From: Clostridia bacterium
GTDB taxonomy: Bacteria > Bacillota > Clostridia > Oscillospirales > CAG-272
Reading direction: 5' to 3'
NCBI GenBank assembly: GCA_017504205.1
Contig: JAFVRO010000017.1
Span: 11,743 to 75,742, forward strand
DNA: 64,000 nucleotides
The notes under the pieces were generated by a model. That model was not told where the DNA came from. It did not search any database and was given only the letters and a program-made list of their open reading frames with translations. Position 1 is the first letter of the stretch, and every line of letters begins with the position of its first letter. The position numbers and the translations under genes are program-made. This document shows, piece by piece, positions 38,145 to 47,582 of this stretch.

Positions 38145-39371
38145 ATGAAAGCAAAAGCAGTTATGTACGGAGCGGGAAATATCGGTAAAGGCTTTATCGG
38201 CGAAATATTTTACCGCTCCGGATATCACACTACGTTTATCGACGTAAATCAGTCAACGGTCGATCTGCTCAACAGAGACCGCAAATATCCGATTTTCGTA
38301 ACCAACGATACTGAATATCTTACCGAATGGGTAGAAGATGTAAGCGCTGTAAACGGAACTGATCGGGAAGCAGTAGTTAATACCATCGCGGAATGCGACA
38401 TAATGGCGACCGCCCTCGGAGCAAATATATTGCCCATTGTCGCCCCAATAATTGCATCTGCAATATCAAAGCGTAAATTACTTGACGGTCGCCCTCTCAA
38501 TATCTTTATTTGCGAGAATCTTATAGGCTCAGGCAAATATCTTCACGATCTTGTAAAGCCTCATATTGATGATCCGGATGTTGAATATTTTGAAAATATG
38601 ATAGGCTTCGTCTCGGTCTGCGTGGGAAGAACAGTCCCAAAAACCCCTGAAAGCATAGCGGCTGAATATCCGCTTGCCGCTTGCACCGAGCCATATTGCG
38701 AGCTTCCCGTTGATGCTGACGGCTTCAGACCCGTAGGCTGTGAAATGCCTCCGCTCGTCGGACTCGTCCCGTTCTCACCGTTTGAGTTCTTCATAGAAAG
38801 AAAGCTCCTCATACATAATATGGGACACGCCCTCACGGCATATCTTGCACACCTGAAGGGGCATAGCAGTATCACCGAGGCAATGTATGATGCCGAGATC
38901 AAGTATATCCTGACGCGCGCCCTGATAGAATCCGCACGCGCCCTCTCAAAGAGACATAACGCTCCCCTTGACGATTCCCTTGAGTTCGTCGAAGAGCTGA
39001 TGATCAGATTTGAGAATAAAATGCTTGAGGATACACCGCTGAGAGTCGGCAGAGACTCAAAGCGTAAGCTTTCCGCAAGCGACAGATTGGTCGGTGCGTT
39101 CAACTGCGTTAAGGAGCAGGGCGGCGTTCCCGCACATATCGCAGTCGGTATCGCCGCAGGCTATCTGTTTGACGATCCCGCCGATCCTATCAGCGTCGAG
39201 GTCTCATCGTATGCCAAGGCGTACGGCCTCAGAGCCGCACTTGAAAAGTATAGCGCTATTACCGCTGACGAGGACGTAAACCTGATAGAGACTTTCTATT
39301 GTATGCTCGTGGAAAAAGCTCCGTTTTCAAGCTTTGTTGACACTCTTGCAAAACTGAAAAATTCTCACTGA
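38145..39371 (+). CDS. mtlD: Mannitol-1-phosphate 5-dehydrogenase family protein
   Basis: YGAGNIGKGFIGEIF, NIFICENL, ERKLLIHNMGHALTAYL and GRDSKRKLSASDRL are collinear with E. coli MtlD. Confidence 0.75.
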   Translation: MKAKAVMYGAGNIGKGFIGEIFYRSGYHTTFIDVNQSTVDLLNRDRKYPIFVTNDTEYLTEWVEDVSAVNGTDREAVVNTIAECDIMATALGANILPIVAPIIASAISKRKLLDGRPLNIFICENLIGSGKYLHDLVKPHIDDPDVEYFENMIGFVSVCVGRTVPKTPESIAAEYPLAACTEPYCELPVDADGFRPVGCEMPPLVGLVPFSPFEFFIERKLLIHNMGHALTAYLAHLKGHSSITEAMYDAEIKYILTRALIESARALSKRHNAPLDDSLEFVEELMIRFENKMLEDTPLRVGRDSKRKLSASDRLVGAFNCVKEQGGVPAHIAVGIAAGYLFDDPADPISVEVSSYAKAYGLRAALEKYSAITADEDVNLIETFYCMLVEKAPFSSFVDTLAKLKNSH

Positions 39372-39375
39372 CTAT

Positions 39376-39417
39376 CCCCCGATCCCGCTAAAAAATAGTG
39401 GGATCGGGGGCTTTTTT
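39376..39417 (+). terminator. Rho-independent terminator
   Basis: cccccgatccc-loop-gggatcggggg followed by ctttttt. Confidence 0.85.
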
Positions 39418-39428
39418 AAAAAATAATA

Positions 39429-39457
39429 TTGAAAAAGATAAAAAACAATGATATAAT
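39429..39457 (+). promoter_or_regulatory. Putative sigma-A promoter with ~160-nt leader upstream of the ABC-2 transporter
   Basis: TTGAAA - 17 nt - TATAAT with TGn. Confidence 0.55.
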
Positions 39458-39620
39458 TACTTTAATGTGCCATAAGTGAGTATCAGTTGTGCGTGATATA
39501 AAAGTAAATAATATTCCAATATTATAATACCCAATCCGGAGTGGCAAAATTTGATCCCGAAATTTTTAAGACGGTGCTTAGTCAAAAAGCAGCGTATGAG
39601 GAAAGACACAAGGAGAACAA

Positions 39621-40397
39621 ATGGAAGTAATTTTAAAAGCGACAGGACTCCGTAAAACCTTCGCATTATCTAAAAAGCAACAGCGTCTTGAAAAATCCGA
39701 TAAAAAAATAAAGGTAGCGGTCGACGGCCTCTCCTTTGAAGCGTATAAGGGTGAGATTTTCGGCTTGCTGGGCCCGAACGGTGCCGGTAAGACCACAACG
39801 CTCCGTATGCTCTCGACCCTAATCAAAGCGGATGAAGGAGACGCTATCGTCAACGGTCATAGTATAAACACCGAGCCGGACAAGGTAAGACAGAGTATCG
39901 GCTTCCTCACAAGCGAGCTTAAGCTTGAGGAGTTTTTTACCCCTAACTATCTGTTTGACTTTTTCGCTACACTTCATGGTATCAGCAGCACCGAGTGCGC
40001 TGCCCGTAAAAAGACTCTCTTTGAACGCTTCGGTATAGACAAATTTGCGGAGGTCAAGGTCGCAAATCTTTCAACAGGTATGAAGCAGAAGCTCTCTATT
40101 GCCGTCTCCATCGCCCATGATCCGGAGATCATCATCTTTGATGAGCCTACAAACGGACTTGATGTTATAACATCCAAGGTCGTAACGGACTTTCTGATAG
40201 ATCTGAAAAGAGAAGGCAAGACTGTAATTCTGTCCACACATATTTTCTCTCTTGCGGAGAAGCTTTGCGACAGAGTAGGTATCATTATAAACGGTAAAAT
40301 GATAACGTGCGATACCCTTCAGAATATCTGCGCTGATACCGATCTTGAAACCAGATTCTTTGAAATATACGAAAAAGAAATGGGGGGACAGGTATGA
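39621..40397 (+). CDS. ABC transporter ATP-binding protein (ABC-2/NatA-like)
   Basis: GLLGPNGAGKTT, LSTGMKQKLSIA and IIIFDEPTNGLD motifs. Confidence 0.9.
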   Translation: MEVILKATGLRKTFALSKKQQRLEKSDKKIKVAVDGLSFEAYKGEIFGLLGPNGAGKTTTLRMLSTLIKADEGDAIVNGHSINTEPDKVRQSIGFLTSELKLEEFFTPNYLFDFFATLHGISSTECAARKKTLFERFGIDKFAEVKVANLSTGMKQKLSIAVSIAHDPEIIIFDEPTNGLDVITSKVVTDFLIDLKREGKTVILSTHIFSLAEKLCDRVGIIINGKMITCDTLQNICADTDLETRFFEIYEKEMGGQV

Positions 40398-41587
40398 AGA
40401 GTAATATTCTCACAATAATGAAAAAAGAGCTTGCCCGCTTCTTCGGTGACAAAAGACTCGTCCTGACTACACTCGTCATCCCCGGACTTATGATCTACCT
40501 CATCTATTCCCTTATGGGAAGCGGTATGATGTCGGCGTTTGCTCCCTCAGAGGATCAGATTTACAATGTTTTAGTTACCTCTCCGTCAGAAGAATTTGTT
40601 GCAGCGGCCGATCAACTGAAGCTTGAGATCACGGAAGCCGATATCGGTGATATCGATTCAATAAAGCAAAAGCTCAGAAACGGTGAGATAGATCTGTACG
40701 TTGTTTTTCCTGAGGATTTTGACCAAAGTATAGCAAGCATACGCGTAGGAGAAGCGCCGGACGAGCCCCTTGAGCTTGAAATGTATTACAGTAGCACAGA
40801 GGTCAACTCCTCTGCCGCCGCTGATATAGTATTTTCATACCTCGACGGACTTGAAGAAAGCCTTTCAAATCTGTTTAATATCAATAGCGGAAGCGCACAG
40901 TACGATGTTGCAACAGACGAGGATGCAACGGGAATGCTATTCTCAATGCTTATTCCAATGCTTTTGATCATGTTCCTCTTCAGTGGATGTATGGCGGTAG
41001 CACCTGAATCTATTGCCGGAGAGAAGGAAAGGGGTACGATCGCAGCTCTCCTTGTTACTCCTCTTAAGCGCGGAGACCTCGCAATCGGAAAAATACTTGC
41101 CCTCAGTATAATAGCGCTTCTCAGCGGAGCATCAAGCTTCGTTGGTACTCTGCTCTCACTTCCCAAGCTTATGGGAGGCGATATGGTTGAATTGGCAGGC
41201 ATTGACGCAGGCGTGTACGGAGTGACCGAGTACCTGACATTGCTCGTTGTTATGCTGACGACCGTGCTCGTTATAGTTGCAATTATCTCTATAATCTCAG
41301 CATATTCAAACAGCGTCAAGGAGGCAACGACCTATATAACCCCTCTTATGATAGTGGTTATGCTCGTAGGTCTTACCTCAATGTTCGGCAACGGTGCCCC
41401 CACAAATCCCGTACTGTACCTTATCCCGATCTATAATAGTGTACAGTGTATGAACGGAGTTTTCTCATTCAGCGGAAGTCTTATTAATACTGTAATAACC
41501 TCAGTTGCCAATATCGCCTATACCGCAATTCTCGTCGTAGTCCTTAAAAAGATGTTCGACAGCGAAAAAATAATGTTCAGTAAATAA
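40394..41587 (+). CDS. ABC-2 family permease (NatB-like)
   Basis: 4-nt overlap with the ATPase gene. One N-terminal TM, a large extracytoplasmic loop, then 5 or more C-terminal TM helices. Confidence 0.75.
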   Translation: MKSNILTIMKKELARFFGDKRLVLTTLVIPGLMIYLIYSLMGSGMMSAFAPSEDQIYNVLVTSPSEEFVAAADQLKLEITEADIGDIDSIKQKLRNGEIDLYVVFPEDFDQSIASIRVGEAPDEPLELEMYYSSTEVNSSAAADIVFSYLDGLEESLSNLFNINSGSAQYDVATDEDATGMLFSMLIPMLLIMFLFSGCMAVAPESIAGEKERGTIAALLVTPLKRGDLAIGKILALSIIALLSGASSFVGTLLSLPKLMGGDMVELAGIDAGVYGVTEYLTLLVVMLTTVLVIVAIISIISAYSNSVKEATTYITPLMIVVMLVGLTSMFGNGAPTNPVLYLIPIYNSVQCMNGVFSFSGSLINTVITSVANIAYTAILVVVLKKMFDSEKIMFSK

Positions 41588-41617
41588 GTCTCAAATCAAG
41601 CGAAAGGAGATGATATT

Positions 41618-42544
41618 ATGGCAGACGTGTGCTTGCTTGGCACGGTGGGAACTATTCCTCGCGTAGATAGATATTTGTCATCAGCGCTTTTTCGTCATAA
41701 CGGACGTTCCATACTGTTCGATTGCGGAGAGGGAACTCAGCTTGCAATAAAAAAAGCAGGATTTTCATTCAAGTCAATAGATGTCATCTGCCTGTCACAT
41801 TTCCACGCCGATCACGTCACGGGGCTTGTCGGATTACTTCTGACAATGGGCAATGAGGGAAGAACAGAGCCCGTCACCGTCATAACTCCCATCGGCGGTA
41901 CGCATATACTTCGCTCTATTCTCATTATCGCAGATCTTGCGTTTGAGCTTGACGTAATAGAAATTGACCCGTCACACGACCGGGAAAACGCCGTAGTAAC
42001 AATTTGCGACGGAAACCTGTCCGTGTACGCCGCATGCGCTACCCATTCCGTTCCGTGCATAGCTTTTTCGGTCTATGTCAGACGTGACGGAAAATTCGAT
42101 CCCGAAAGAGCTCGCGCACTCGGCATTCCTCAAAATCAGTGGAACGAGATCAGAAAAAAAGGCTGCACGGAGTACGGCGGAAGGATATATTATCCCGATG
42201 ATGTGATGAGTAATGAGCGCCGCGGAATCAAAGTATCTTATGTTACAGATACAAGACCGAGCGAAAACCTTGAAAAACTCGTTAAGGGCTCGGATCTGCT
42301 TATCTGCGAGGGAATGTTCGGCGACGAGGAAAAGCGCCACCGTGCAGAAAAAAGCGGCCATATGCTATTCTCGGAAGCGGCAACGCTTGCAAAGCATGCT
42401 AAGTGTGACCGCTTGATACTGACCCACTTCAGCCCGTCTATGCCCGAGCCCGAGGAGCTTTTGCAGAACGCAACGGATATCTTTGAGAATACCGTCTGTG
42501 GAACGGACGGCATGACCGTAACGGTAAATTTTATTAATGAATAA
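41618..42544 (+). CDS. rnz: Ribonuclease Z (MBL fold)
   Basis: LLGTVGTIP, LFDCGEGTQ, SHFHADHVTGL and LTHFS motifs. Confidence 0.8.
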   Translation: MADVCLLGTVGTIPRVDRYLSSALFRHNGRSILFDCGEGTQLAIKKAGFSFKSIDVICLSHFHADHVTGLVGLLLTMGNEGRTEPVTVITPIGGTHILRSILIIADLAFELDVIEIDPSHDRENAVVTICDGNLSVYAACATHSVPCIAFSVYVRRDGKFDPERARALGIPQNQWNEIRKKGCTEYGGRIYYPDDVMSNERRGIKVSYVTDTRPSENLEKLVKGSDLLICEGMFGDEEKRHRAEKSGHMLFSEAATLAKHAKCDRLILTHFSPSMPEPEELLQNATDIFENTVCGTDGMTVTVNFINE

Positions 42545-42568
42545 TATATCTGAAAGGATACAATTAGT

Positions 42569-44428
42569 GTGATCATCAAAACCGATTCAATGCGAAAATT
42601 AGAACATGACGTCGACCTATGTATCGTGGGCGGCGGTATGGCTGGCATGATCGCCGCAATAAGCGCTGCCAGAGAGGGAGTAAAGGTGCTCCTTATGCAA
42701 GACAGACCCGTGCTTGGCGGTAATGCCTCCAGCGAGATCCGAATGTGGATAAGAGGCGCCAGGGGACTTCATAACAGAGAAACAGGAATACTCAGTGAAA
42801 TTGAAGAGGAGAATATATACAAAAACCCTGAGGTCAACCACTCCATCTGGGATAGCGTGCTCTGGGGAAAGGTGAAAGCAGAGAAAAATATTACGCTTCT
42901 GCTCAACTGTACTTGCGTCGACGCAGATACTGAAGACGGCGTGATAAAATGTGTAAAGGGCTGGCAGCTTACCACCTATACCTGGCATGTTGTCAGAGCA
43001 AAATACTTTGCAGACTGCTCAGGCGACTCCGTGCTGGCTCCCGTGACGGGTGCGCTTTACAGAGTCGGCAGAGAAGGAAATGCCGAGTTCAATGAAACCA
43101 TAGGCCCAAGAGTATCCGATAAAAAAACAATGGGAAATACCTGCCTTATGCAGGCAAGAGAAACCTCCCGACCTGTAAAATTTATTCCTCCGGAATGGGC
43201 ATACGTTTATGAAAACGATGAGGACTTCGACGTAGTCGTAGGAGAAAGTGCTAAAAAAGACACGGACGCAGACGCAAACTGCGGGGAACAGGAGAAGGCT
43301 AAGGCAAAAAAAGCGCGTAGAACGCACGTTCTCGGCACTGCAGGCACCAATTTCTGGTGGATGGAGCTTGGCGGTGAGGATGATACCATCCACGATGCCG
43401 AGGAGATCCGTGACGAGCTTCTGAAGATCGCCTTCGGTATTTGGGATCATATCAAAAACAGAGGCGATCATAACGCAGAAAACTGGGAGCTTGAGTGGGT
43501 AGGATTTCTTCCCGGCAAGCGCGAAAGCCGCAGATACGTTGGAGCGCATATACTTACTCAACACGATATAGAAGCAGGCGGCAAATTTGACGACGTAGTC
43601 GCACACGGCGGATGGCCTATGGATGACCATCATCCTGCAGGCTTCAAAGCATCATCGGGTGAGTCTCCCACGCTTTTTCACCCCGCACCGTCACCGTACG
43701 GAATTCCTTACCGTTCTTTGTATTCCAAAAATATTAAAAATTTGTTTTTCGCAGGCAGGAATATCAGCGTAACTCACGCAGCTCTCAGCTCGACGCGAGT
43801 TATGGCAACCTGCTCGGTTATAGGTCAGGCTATGGGAACCGCCGCCGCTATGTGTATCAATCTCGGCTTATCACCCGATGAAATATACACTAAGGAGATT
43901 AAAACACTTCAGAAAAAGCTTCTCGACGCAGGCATGCTTATCCCGGGAATGTCAAGAGAAATTCCTGAGCTTACCCTTAAAGCAAAATGTAACCTTGAGC
44001 CGTCGGACATATCACTGCTCTTCAACGGCATAGAACGACCGGATAAGGCGGGAACGGTAAATTATGTCTCGCTCCCGAAGGGCTCAGATATAACCCTTGA
44101 GTTTGAACAGGAAACCGAGCTTACCGAGCTTCGTCTTATGTTCGATCCGGATTTTTCAAGAAAGTCGATCTCAGGTAACAAAAAACTTAAAATGTTCACA
44201 TTACGCTCCAGCAGGGAATTCGAATTTGATCCTATCAAGGTAGCAAGTACTCTCGTTAAAGCCTTTGAGGTTATAGCAGACGGAAAAACCGTTTATTCAA
44301 CGGATATGAACCATAACTCTCTCGTCCGCATAAATCTTACAGGTATCAAAGCAAAGCGCATCACTGTGAGATTTCTTGAAACCAATGGATGCGAGGAGAT
44401 ACATGTATTCTCCTGCGACGTAAGATAA
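42569..44428 (+). CDS. FAD-dependent oxidoreductase (FAD_oxidored family)
   Basis: DLCIVGGGMAGMIAAISAAREG dinucleotide-binding motif and FFAGRNISVTH near the C-terminal FAD segment. Confidence 0.7.
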   Translation: MIIKTDSMRKLEHDVDLCIVGGGMAGMIAAISAAREGVKVLLMQDRPVLGGNASSEIRMWIRGARGLHNRETGILSEIEEENIYKNPEVNHSIWDSVLWGKVKAEKNITLLLNCTCVDADTEDGVIKCVKGWQLTTYTWHVVRAKYFADCSGDSVLAPVTGALYRVGREGNAEFNETIGPRVSDKKTMGNTCLMQARETSRPVKFIPPEWAYVYENDEDFDVVVGESAKKDTDADANCGEQEKAKAKKARRTHVLGTAGTNFWWMELGGEDDTIHDAEEIRDELLKIAFGIWDHIKNRGDHNAENWELEWVGFLPGKRESRRYVGAHILTQHDIEAGGKFDDVVAHGGWPMDDHHPAGFKASSGESPTLFHPAPSPYGIPYRSLYSKNIKNLFFAGRNISVTHAALSSTRVMATCSVIGQAMGTAAAMCINLGLSPDEIYTKEIKTLQKKLLDAGMLIPGMSREIPELTLKAKCNLEPSDISLLFNGIERPDKAGTVNYVSLPKGSDITLEFEQETELTELRLMFDPDFSRKSISGNKKLKMFTLRSSREFEFDPIKVASTLVKAFEVIADGKTVYSTDMNHNSLVRINLTGIKAKRITVRFLETNGCEEIHVFSCDVR

Positions 44429-44443
44429 TCGCATAAAAAGAAA

Positions 44444-44478
44444 GCACTCTCCGCAAAAATGCGGAGAGTGCCTGTTTT
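44444..44478. terminator. Bidirectional rho-independent terminator
   Basis: gcactctccgc-aaaaat-gcggagagtgc forms an 11-bp perfect stem, flanked by A-rich sequence on one side and T-rich on the other. Confidence 0.8.
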
Positions 44479-44495
44479 ATTGGATTATGTCGTGA

Positions 44496-44762
44496 TTATT
44501 CTTCAACAACGTCCTCAACGACCTCAACCTCAACGTCCTCAGGATTGCAGAGCTCACACTCACAATCACAGTCGTCATCAAGATCAAGCTCGCAGATGCA
44601 ATCATCGTCATAGTCCTCAAGAGCGAGCTTGCAAGCGATGTGCTTCTCATAAAGCTTAACGAGGAAATATGCAACTGCACAAGCACCTGCAACGGCAGCA
44701 ACGGTGATAGCGATTATCTTGCCGTAGTTGGTTGTCTTCTTTTTTGTCCAAGGAAAATTCAT
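44496..44762 (-). CDS. Small membrane-anchored Cys/Asp/Glu-rich protein (88 aa)
   Basis: RBS GAGGAGG, 5 nt, then ATG. Lys-rich N-terminus, one TM helix (IIAITVAAVAGACAVAYFLV), then DYDDDCICELDLDDDCDCECELCNPEDVEVEVVEDVVEE. Confidence 0.55.
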   Translation of the reverse strand: MNFPWTKKKTTNYGKIIAITVAAVAGACAVAYFLVKLYEKHIACKLALEDYDDDCICELDLDDDCDCECELCNPEDVEVEVVEDVVEE

Positions 44763-44800
44763 AGTTTACCTCCTCATAGAATATATTTTTTTCCAAGATT

Positions 44801-44829
44801 AGTATATCATTTTTTTGCAAAAAATGCAA
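44801..44829 (-). promoter_or_regulatory. Putative promoter of the small Cys-rich protein gene
   Basis: Minus strand: TTGCAT - 17 nt - TATACT with TGn. The spacer contains the near-palindrome catttttttgcaaaaaatg. Confidence 0.45.
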
Positions 44830-44912
44830 TACCCTTTTCGAAAATATTTTTTGCCAAGCAAAAAAGTTATATTCAGTTATTATTTTGTTTTGAATTTTAA
44901 AAATTGACAGGC

Positions 44913-46232
44913 TTAAAGTATGTTCGGAGCGATCTTTCGCTTGATCTGAGACCTGTAAACAAAGTTGACCATCAGATAAAACATAGTGCGTCCGGGATGC
45001 TTCAGAAACCGCTTGTGGAAAATAGTTCTTTTCAGAATCGCAGGAACGGTGTATAGCTTGTTGTATACCTCCCAATAGCAATCCGTAACCTCTTGGGCAG
45101 TCATATTCGGTGTGTCAAGCACCGAGATGGACGGTTTGTACTTAAAGTAATCGTAATCCGTGATCTTGCCCTTTTCCTTCATCTCCTTGAAAAGATCCGT
45201 GCCGGGAATGGGAGTCAGACAGTAAAACTTCGGTGCTATTATGTCGGTTTGCTTGATGAACTTAACCGTCTCCATAAGAGACTCCCGTGTATCATGCTCG
45301 GCACCTACTATCATCTCACTTGCCACCTCAATGCCTGCCGCATTGACCTTTTTTATTATCTCAATGTATCTCTTCGGATCGCACCAGCTCTTGTGGAAAC
45401 TGTCAAGGTTTGCCTTGGATATGCTCTCAAGTCCAAAACTCAGCGTGTAGCAGCCACTGTCTGCAACCGCACGCAAAAGCTCCTCGTTTTCGGCAATCTG
45501 TATCGCGCACTGACTCATCCACTTCATCTTCAAAGGCTTGATCCGTCTGCAAAGCTCAAGCATGTACTCCTCGTCTGCTACTATGTTGTCGTCAATCAGC
45601 AGAAACTTTTTGAAGCCAAGACTCTTGACGTGCTCAATATCACGTACCACCTCATCAATAGAGCGTTTCAGATACTTGTTGCGGTAGATGCAGTAAATGG
45701 AACAGAACTTGCAACTGTTAGGACATCCTCTTCCCGCTTGAACGGGCAAAAAGTCACCGATCCTTTTGTCAAGAACGAGATCGTAGCGAGGCGTGGGAAG
45801 CTCAAGCTTTGTTATGGGCTGCTCGTAAAAAGGCTTTACGCATCCGTGCTCAAGATCGTGACAAACCTGCTTGATAGTCTCCTCGGAGTCTCCTATCATT
45901 ACGAAGTCACAGTACTCCTTGGCAATTTCGGGAACAAGGCTTACCATAGGTCCACCCATAAAAACGATCTTTCCGCGTTTTTTGAATTCGATCGCAATAT
46001 CCTTGCCGCGATTTGCCGCGTGTCCCATTCCGCCAATACCTATTACGTCCGCGTCCGTGTCGTACGGTATGTCCTCGATCGTTTCAATGCAGATCTCGCA
46101 GCTCCATCCTTCGGGGAGAAGTGAGGCAAGTACAGGGTAAGCAAGACCTACAAAATAAAGCTTTCTTTTCTTGACTATCCGCCCCCTGTCATCGTATATC
46201 GACGGCTGAATAAACAGTATCTTTTTGTTCAT
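44913..46232 (-). CDS. B12-binding-domain radical SAM protein
   Basis: N-terminal Rossmann-like B12 domain (KILFIQPS.., DADVIGIGGM). GRGCPNSCKFCSI carries the CxxxCxxC motif. Confidence 0.85.
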   Translation of the reverse strand: MNKKILFIQPSIYDDRGRIVKKRKLYFVGLAYPVLASLLPEGWSCEICIETIEDIPYDTDADVIGIGGMGHAANRGKDIAIEFKKRGKIVFMGGPMVSLVPEIAKEYCDFVMIGDSEETIKQVCHDLEHGCVKPFYEQPITKLELPTPRYDLVLDKRIGDFLPVQAGRGCPNSCKFCSIYCIYRNKYLKRSIDEVVRDIEHVKSLGFKKFLLIDDNIVADEEYMLELCRRIKPLKMKWMSQCAIQIAENEELLRAVADSGCYTLSFGLESISKANLDSFHKSWCDPKRYIEIIKKVNAAGIEVASEMIVGAEHDTRESLMETVKFIKQTDIIAPKFYCLTPIPGTDLFKEMKEKGKITDYDYFKYKPSISVLDTPNMTAQEVTDCYWEVYNKLYTVPAILKRTIFHKRFLKHPGRTMFYLMVNFVYRSQIKRKIAPNIL

Positions 46233-46241
46233 AGCTCCTCC

Positions 46242-47582
46242 TTACCTGTTCGGCGCGATTATAAGCTTTATGTACTGTAACGCTATCGTGACAGCCCCAC
46301 GGCGCACACGCCGATATATGCTTTTACCGTATCTTTCCTTGATGTACCTTCTGCCGCGTGCCGAGGCAGACGTCTTTAAATACGCACGCAAAATGTTGTA
46401 GTAAAACGCTCTGCGTGACATATTCAGCGGCTCCATTACCGCGTGTGCCATATCAAATAGCTCATACCTGTCCTCAGCGGTTGTGATTTTGTCCTTCATT
46501 TTTTCGTAAAATGGAGTCCCCTTTATGGGCGTTATCGGCTGAATGTTAACCATCGGATGCTCAAAGCCGTTGAGATACCCGATCAGAGTATCAAAATCCG
46601 AGCGCACCCAATCAAAGCCGACGATAAGTCCGCTATAGCATTGAAGTCCGTGCTTTTCGAGAATTCTGACCGCTCGGTTGTTGATCTCCACACTCGTCCG
46701 CTTGTTGTAGTCGCTCAGTTCACCTGATTTGAAGGACTCAATACCTACGAAAAACGCGTCAAAGCCGCAGGACGCAAGAAGTTCGATCATATCCTCGTTT
46801 TCCGCAATAAAATCCGCACGACCGAACGCAATATAGGTCTTTTTTATACCGCGCTCCTTGACGAGACGGCAGAACTCAATTATGCGCTCACGCCTGAAAA
46901 GGAAATTATCGTCAACGATAAAGACGTTCTCCTCCTCGATCTCATCAAGCTCGTTTATCACATCATCAAGATCACGTTCAAAATACCGTCCAAGCCGCGT
47001 ACAAAAGCAAAACTCACAATCGTAGGCACAGCTGAACGAGGTCTTGATGGTCGCACATCTGTCGTGATATATGTAATTGTAATGCCCTCTGTACCGCGCA
47101 GTCTTGTGACGCGCCGGATGCGGAAAATCAAACGCCTGACACTTTGGAGCGCCCCCGAGCATCATCAGCTCATCCCGTGTAACACCGTCCTCAATGCCTT
47201 TGATGACACCCTCAAGCGCGTACATTCCTCCCGTGAGTATGCAGTCTATGTAGGGACTTTCAAAATCCGACGGTACCACCTCGGCGTGTACGCCGCCGAC
47301 CAGAACTTTTATATCGGGATAATGCTTCTTGACGTATTCCGCGTATCCCTTGACAATTCCAACGTGTACGAGATATGACGTGAACGCCACCGCGTCGTAT
47401 TTCTTTGCCTTGAGAGCGCGCGAAAGGCTCTTGTCTATAACCAAGTCCACAATGTCTGTTTCGTGTCCCATCCGTTCAAGAAGTGCCGCAACGTACTCAA
47501 GCTCCAACGGCTCGCACATCATAAAGCTCTGAAGATTTATAGAGCTTTTGTGCGGACACGGGCGTATCAATAAGATATTCAT
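46242..47582 (-). CDS. B12-binding-domain radical SAM protein (second, divergent paralog)
   Basis: NILLIRPCP.. and YDAVAFTSY in the B12 domain. SFSCAYDCEFCFC carries the CxxxCxxC motif. Confidence 0.85.
   Translation of the reverse strand: MNILLIRPCPHKSSINLQSFMMCEPLELEYVAALLERMGHETDIVDLVIDKSLSRALKAKKYDAVAFTSYLVHVGIVKGYAEYVKKHYPDIKVLVGGVHAEVVPSDFESPYIDCILTGGMYALEGVIKGIEDGVTRDELMMLGGAPKCQAFDFPHPARHKTARYRGHYNYIYHDRCATIKTSFSCAYDCEFCFCTRLGRYFERDLDDVINELDEIEEENVFIVDDNFLFRRERIIEFCRLVKERGIKKTYIAFGRADFIAENEDMIELLASCGFDAFFVGIESFKSGELSDYNKRTSVEINNRAVRILEKHGLQCYSGLIVGFDWVRSDFDTLIGYLNGFEHPMVNIQPITPIKGTPFYEKMKDKITTAEDRYELFDMAHAVMEPLNMSRRAFYYNILRAYLKTSASARGRRYIKERYGKSIYRRVRRGAVTIALQYIKLIIAPNR

Noticed and set aside
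44459-44659. 66-aa plus-strand ORF with QRPQRPQPQRPQ repeats
   Set aside because: It is the antisense image of the acidic EDVEVEVVEDVVEE tail of the minus-strand small protein. That protein has a strong RBS and promoter; this ORF starts inside the terminator hairpin.
45093-46124. 343-aa plus-strand ORF antisense to the radical SAM gene
   Set aside because: No motifs are present, and it lies entirely inside a minus-strand ORF that carries clear B12-domain and CxxxCxxC signatures.
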